Under the pieces are notes generated by a model. The model saw nothing but the letters and a program-made list of their open reading frames with translations, made no database searches and had not been told where the DNA came from. Shown here piece after piece: positions 61,882-64,000 of a DNA stretch of 64,000 nucleotides. The stretch's first letter is position 1, and every line of letters begins with the position of its first letter. The position numbers and the translations under genes are program-made. Where the stretch lies: NCBI GenBank assembly GCA_050253415.1, contig JBFWJC010000001.1:1320679-1384678 (forward strand). Direction: 5' to 3'. This DNA comes from Pedobacter sp. GTDB lineage: Bacteria > Desulfobacterota > Desulfuromonadia > Desulfuromonadales > Syntrophotaleaceae.

Positions 61882-63045
61882 ATGATTCCATCCCGTCCGT
61901 TTCGTACGCCAGCCACCATTCATTTCGGCGAAGAGGCTGCTGCCAATTCCGGGCCGGAGGCCAAGCGTCTTGGGGCGCGCAAAGCCCTGTTGATGACCGA
62001 TAAGGTACTGGCTGAAGTCGGCGCCATCGATCCGGTGGTCAAGTCTCTACAGGGTAACGGTGTTGAGGTCGTCGTATTTGACGGCGTGAACTCCGAGCCT
62101 GATCTGTCCCATGTCGAAACCGGCTTGCAGATGCTCAAGGAAGAGCAGTGCGATTGCATTGTAGCTTGCGGTGGCGGCAGTCCCATCGATGCGGCCAAGG
62201 CCGTTAGCATTATGGCAACCAACTCTGGCAATATCGAAGATTACATGGGGTTGGACAAGTTCACCGTGCCTGGAGTGCCGCTGATGGCCGTACCGACCAC
62301 CGCCGGTACCGGTAGCGAAGCTACCATGTTCACCATCATCACCGACACCAGTCGGGATGTTAAGATGCTGATCGGCAGCCCGTTTCTCATGCCGAAGATC
62401 GCCATCGTCGATCCTCTGTTGACCTTGGATCTGCCGCGGAAACTGACCGCCGCCACTGGGCTGGATGCTCTGACCCATGCTATTGAAGCTTATGTCTCGG
62501 TCAAGGCCCAGCCGATGACCGATGTGCTGGCTCTTTCCGCCATCAAGCTGATCAGCGAGAATTTGCTCCTGGCATGGGGTGATCCACGGAATCGCGAGGC
62601 GCGGGCCAGCACCATGTTGGGCTCGTTGCAGGCCGGAATCGCCTTTTCCAATGCCTCCGTAGCCCTGGTGCACGGCATGTCTCGTCCGATCGGCGCTAAT
62701 TTCCACGTGCCCCACGGTGTTTCCAACGCCTGTCTGCTGGGTGTCGTCATGGACTATTCGCTTGAGGGAAATCCCCAGCGTTATGCCGATATTGCCCGGG
62801 CCATGGGGGTCGAAAACGGTTGTCAGAACACTATGGGTGTCGCCAAAGTTGGCGCCGAAAAGGTTAAGAATTTGATCAGAATGCTGGAAGTGCCGACCCT
62901 GAGCCAGTTGGGCGTTACCGTCGAGAAGCTGGAGCCGGTGGTTGAGAAAATGGCCGAGGACGCCATCGCCAGCGGCAGCCCCGGTAACAATCCGCGCAAA
63001 CCGTCCAAGGAGGAAATTGTCGAGCTTTATCGGGCAGCGCTTTAA
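61882..63045 (+). CDS. iron-containing alcohol dehydrogenase
   Basis: GGGSPIDAAK, PTTAGTGSE, DALTHAIE, HGMS and PHG motifs. Confidence 0.93.
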   Translation: MIPSRPFRTPATIHFGEEAAANSGPEAKRLGARKALLMTDKVLAEVGAIDPVVKSLQGNGVEVVVFDGVNSEPDLSHVETGLQMLKEEQCDCIVACGGGSPIDAAKAVSIMATNSGNIEDYMGLDKFTVPGVPLMAVPTTAGTGSEATMFTIITDTSRDVKMLIGSPFLMPKIAIVDPLLTLDLPRKLTAATGLDALTHAIEAYVSVKAQPMTDVLALSAIKLISENLLLAWGDPRNREARASTMLGSLQAGIAFSNASVALVHGMSRPIGANFHVPHGVSNACLLGVVMDYSLEGNPQRYADIARAMGVENGCQNTMGVAKVGAEKVKNLIRMLEVPTLSQLGVTVEKLEPVVEKMAEDAIASGSPGNNPRKPSKEEIVELYRAAL

Positions 63046-63069
63046 TTATGATGATTTTTTAACTAAATA

Positions 63070-63080
63070 AAATAGCCAAA
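63070..63080 (+). promoter_or_regulatory. AAATAGCCAAA motif upstream of the second MMSDH
   Basis: Exact copy of the motif in the intergenic gap. Confidence 0.55.
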
Positions 63081-63184
63081 CAGTTGAATGTATGGGTGCC
63101 GACAGCTGTTGTCGGCAACAACTATCTGAATGTCTCTCGTGACAACGAGAAGGCTGAATCCAGAAATTTGAAGGGAGAAATACC

Positions 63185-64000
63185 ATGGGTGAAGCAAGAG
63201 AACTGGGTCCGGAAATTCAAAGACTGCGCTATTGCGTTGATAATGAATGGAAAGAGTCGAAAACCGACAAATTTATGGCCGTCATGAATCCGAGCCTCGG
63301 GATTCAGATCGCCGAGACCCCCTGCTGTACCACTGAAGAGGTTGAGTCAGCAGTCCAGTCCGCCAAGGCGGCCTTCCCTGAGTGGTCGTCCAGGCCTGCC
63401 GCCATCCGTACCCAGGTACTGTTCAAGTTCCGTGATCTGGTAAACCAGCACTTTGATGAGCTGGCCACTATTCTCGCTACCGAGATGGGCAAGAACCTCA
63501 ACGAAGCCCGCGGCGATGTACACAAGGTTGTCGAGGCCTGCGAAGTTGCCGTTGCCACACCGCTGGAAATGCAGGGGCACTCCACCATGGAAGTTACACG
63601 CGGTCACGACTCGGTGCTGTATCGTGAGTCGGTCGGTGTTTTCCTCGGCATCGCCCCCTATAATTTCCCGGCGATGATTCCCTTTGGCTGGTTCATTCCT
63701 CTGGCCATTGCTTGCGGCAACACCGTGGTCCTGAAGTCCGCCAGCCTGGTGCCCATGACCAGCATGCGCCTGATGGAACTGCTGATCGAAGCCGGCCTGC
63801 CCAAAGGAGTCGTCAACCTGATTACCTGTAGTCGTAACGAGTTGACCGACCTGCTGTCCCATCCGGACATCCGCGGCATCTCCTTTGTTGGCTCTACCTC
63901 CGTCGGCCTTAAGATCTATTCCACCGGTGCTGCTGCAGGCAAGCGGGTGCAGGCTCTGACCCAAGCCAAGAACCATGCCCTGGTGCTGCGCGACGCCCCT
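63185..64000 (+). CDS. CoA-acylating (methyl)malonate-semialdehyde dehydrogenase, partial (runs off the window)
   Basis: MGEARELGPEIQRLRY...APYNFPAMIP...SFVGST...QAKNH; GGGAG RBS. Confidence 0.9.
   Translation, partial: MGEARELGPEIQRLRYCVDNEWKESKTDKFMAVMNPSLGIQIAETPCCTTEEVESAVQSAKAAFPEWSSRPAAIRTQVLFKFRDLVNQHFDELATILATEMGKNLNEARGDVHKVVEACEVAVATPLEMQGHSTMEVTRGHDSVLYRESVGVFLGIAPYNFPAMIPFGWFIPLAIACGNTVVLKSASLVPMTSMRLMELLIEAGLPKGVVNLITCSRNELTDLLSHPDIRGISFVGSTSVGLKIYSTGAAAGKRVQALTQAKNHALVLRDAP

Overview
This window looks like a Desulfuromonadales (Pelobacter/Syntrophotalea-like) chromosome; the taxon is inferred from gene content only. It has two parts. (1) 1-39.4 kb is housekeeping and central metabolism: pdxJ-acpS-CBS-tsaE-lpdA-lysC-cimA-comEA, a 51-aa Zn-ribbon ORF missing from the ORF track, mscS, aguAB, DedA/PAP2, a LonC-type protease, a sigma54-type glnK-amtB-porin operon, fbp, korDABC, an OFA-type MFS transporter, purE, PFOR, mdh, icd, aspS, hisS and a REC-GGDEF protein. 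(2) At about 39.4 kb comEC breaks off beside tandem 15-bp repeats. The rest is an IS-riddled accessory island (IS3, IS481, IS1595 remnants, two near-identical IS30 copies) that runs off the window end. The island carries a 1,3-propanediol dehydrogenase, a W/Mo aldehyde:ferredoxin oxidoreductase behind a Moco-type riboswitch (inside an IS30-flanked cassette with a ThiS/MoaD carrier), ThiF, a radical SAM/SPASM protein, two CoA-acylating (methyl)malonate-semialdehyde dehydrogenases, a second Fe-ADH, a porin, an unknown membrane protein flanked by two DUF190/PII-like genes, and an inverted, decayed paralogous copy of part of the cluster. The most striking unexplained signal is a non-palindromic motif, AAATAGCCAAA, in front of nearly every island transcription unit and usually 15-16 bp upstream of a -35-like box, which suggests an uncharacterised activator regulon. 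All calls come from reading the sequence; no database searches were run.
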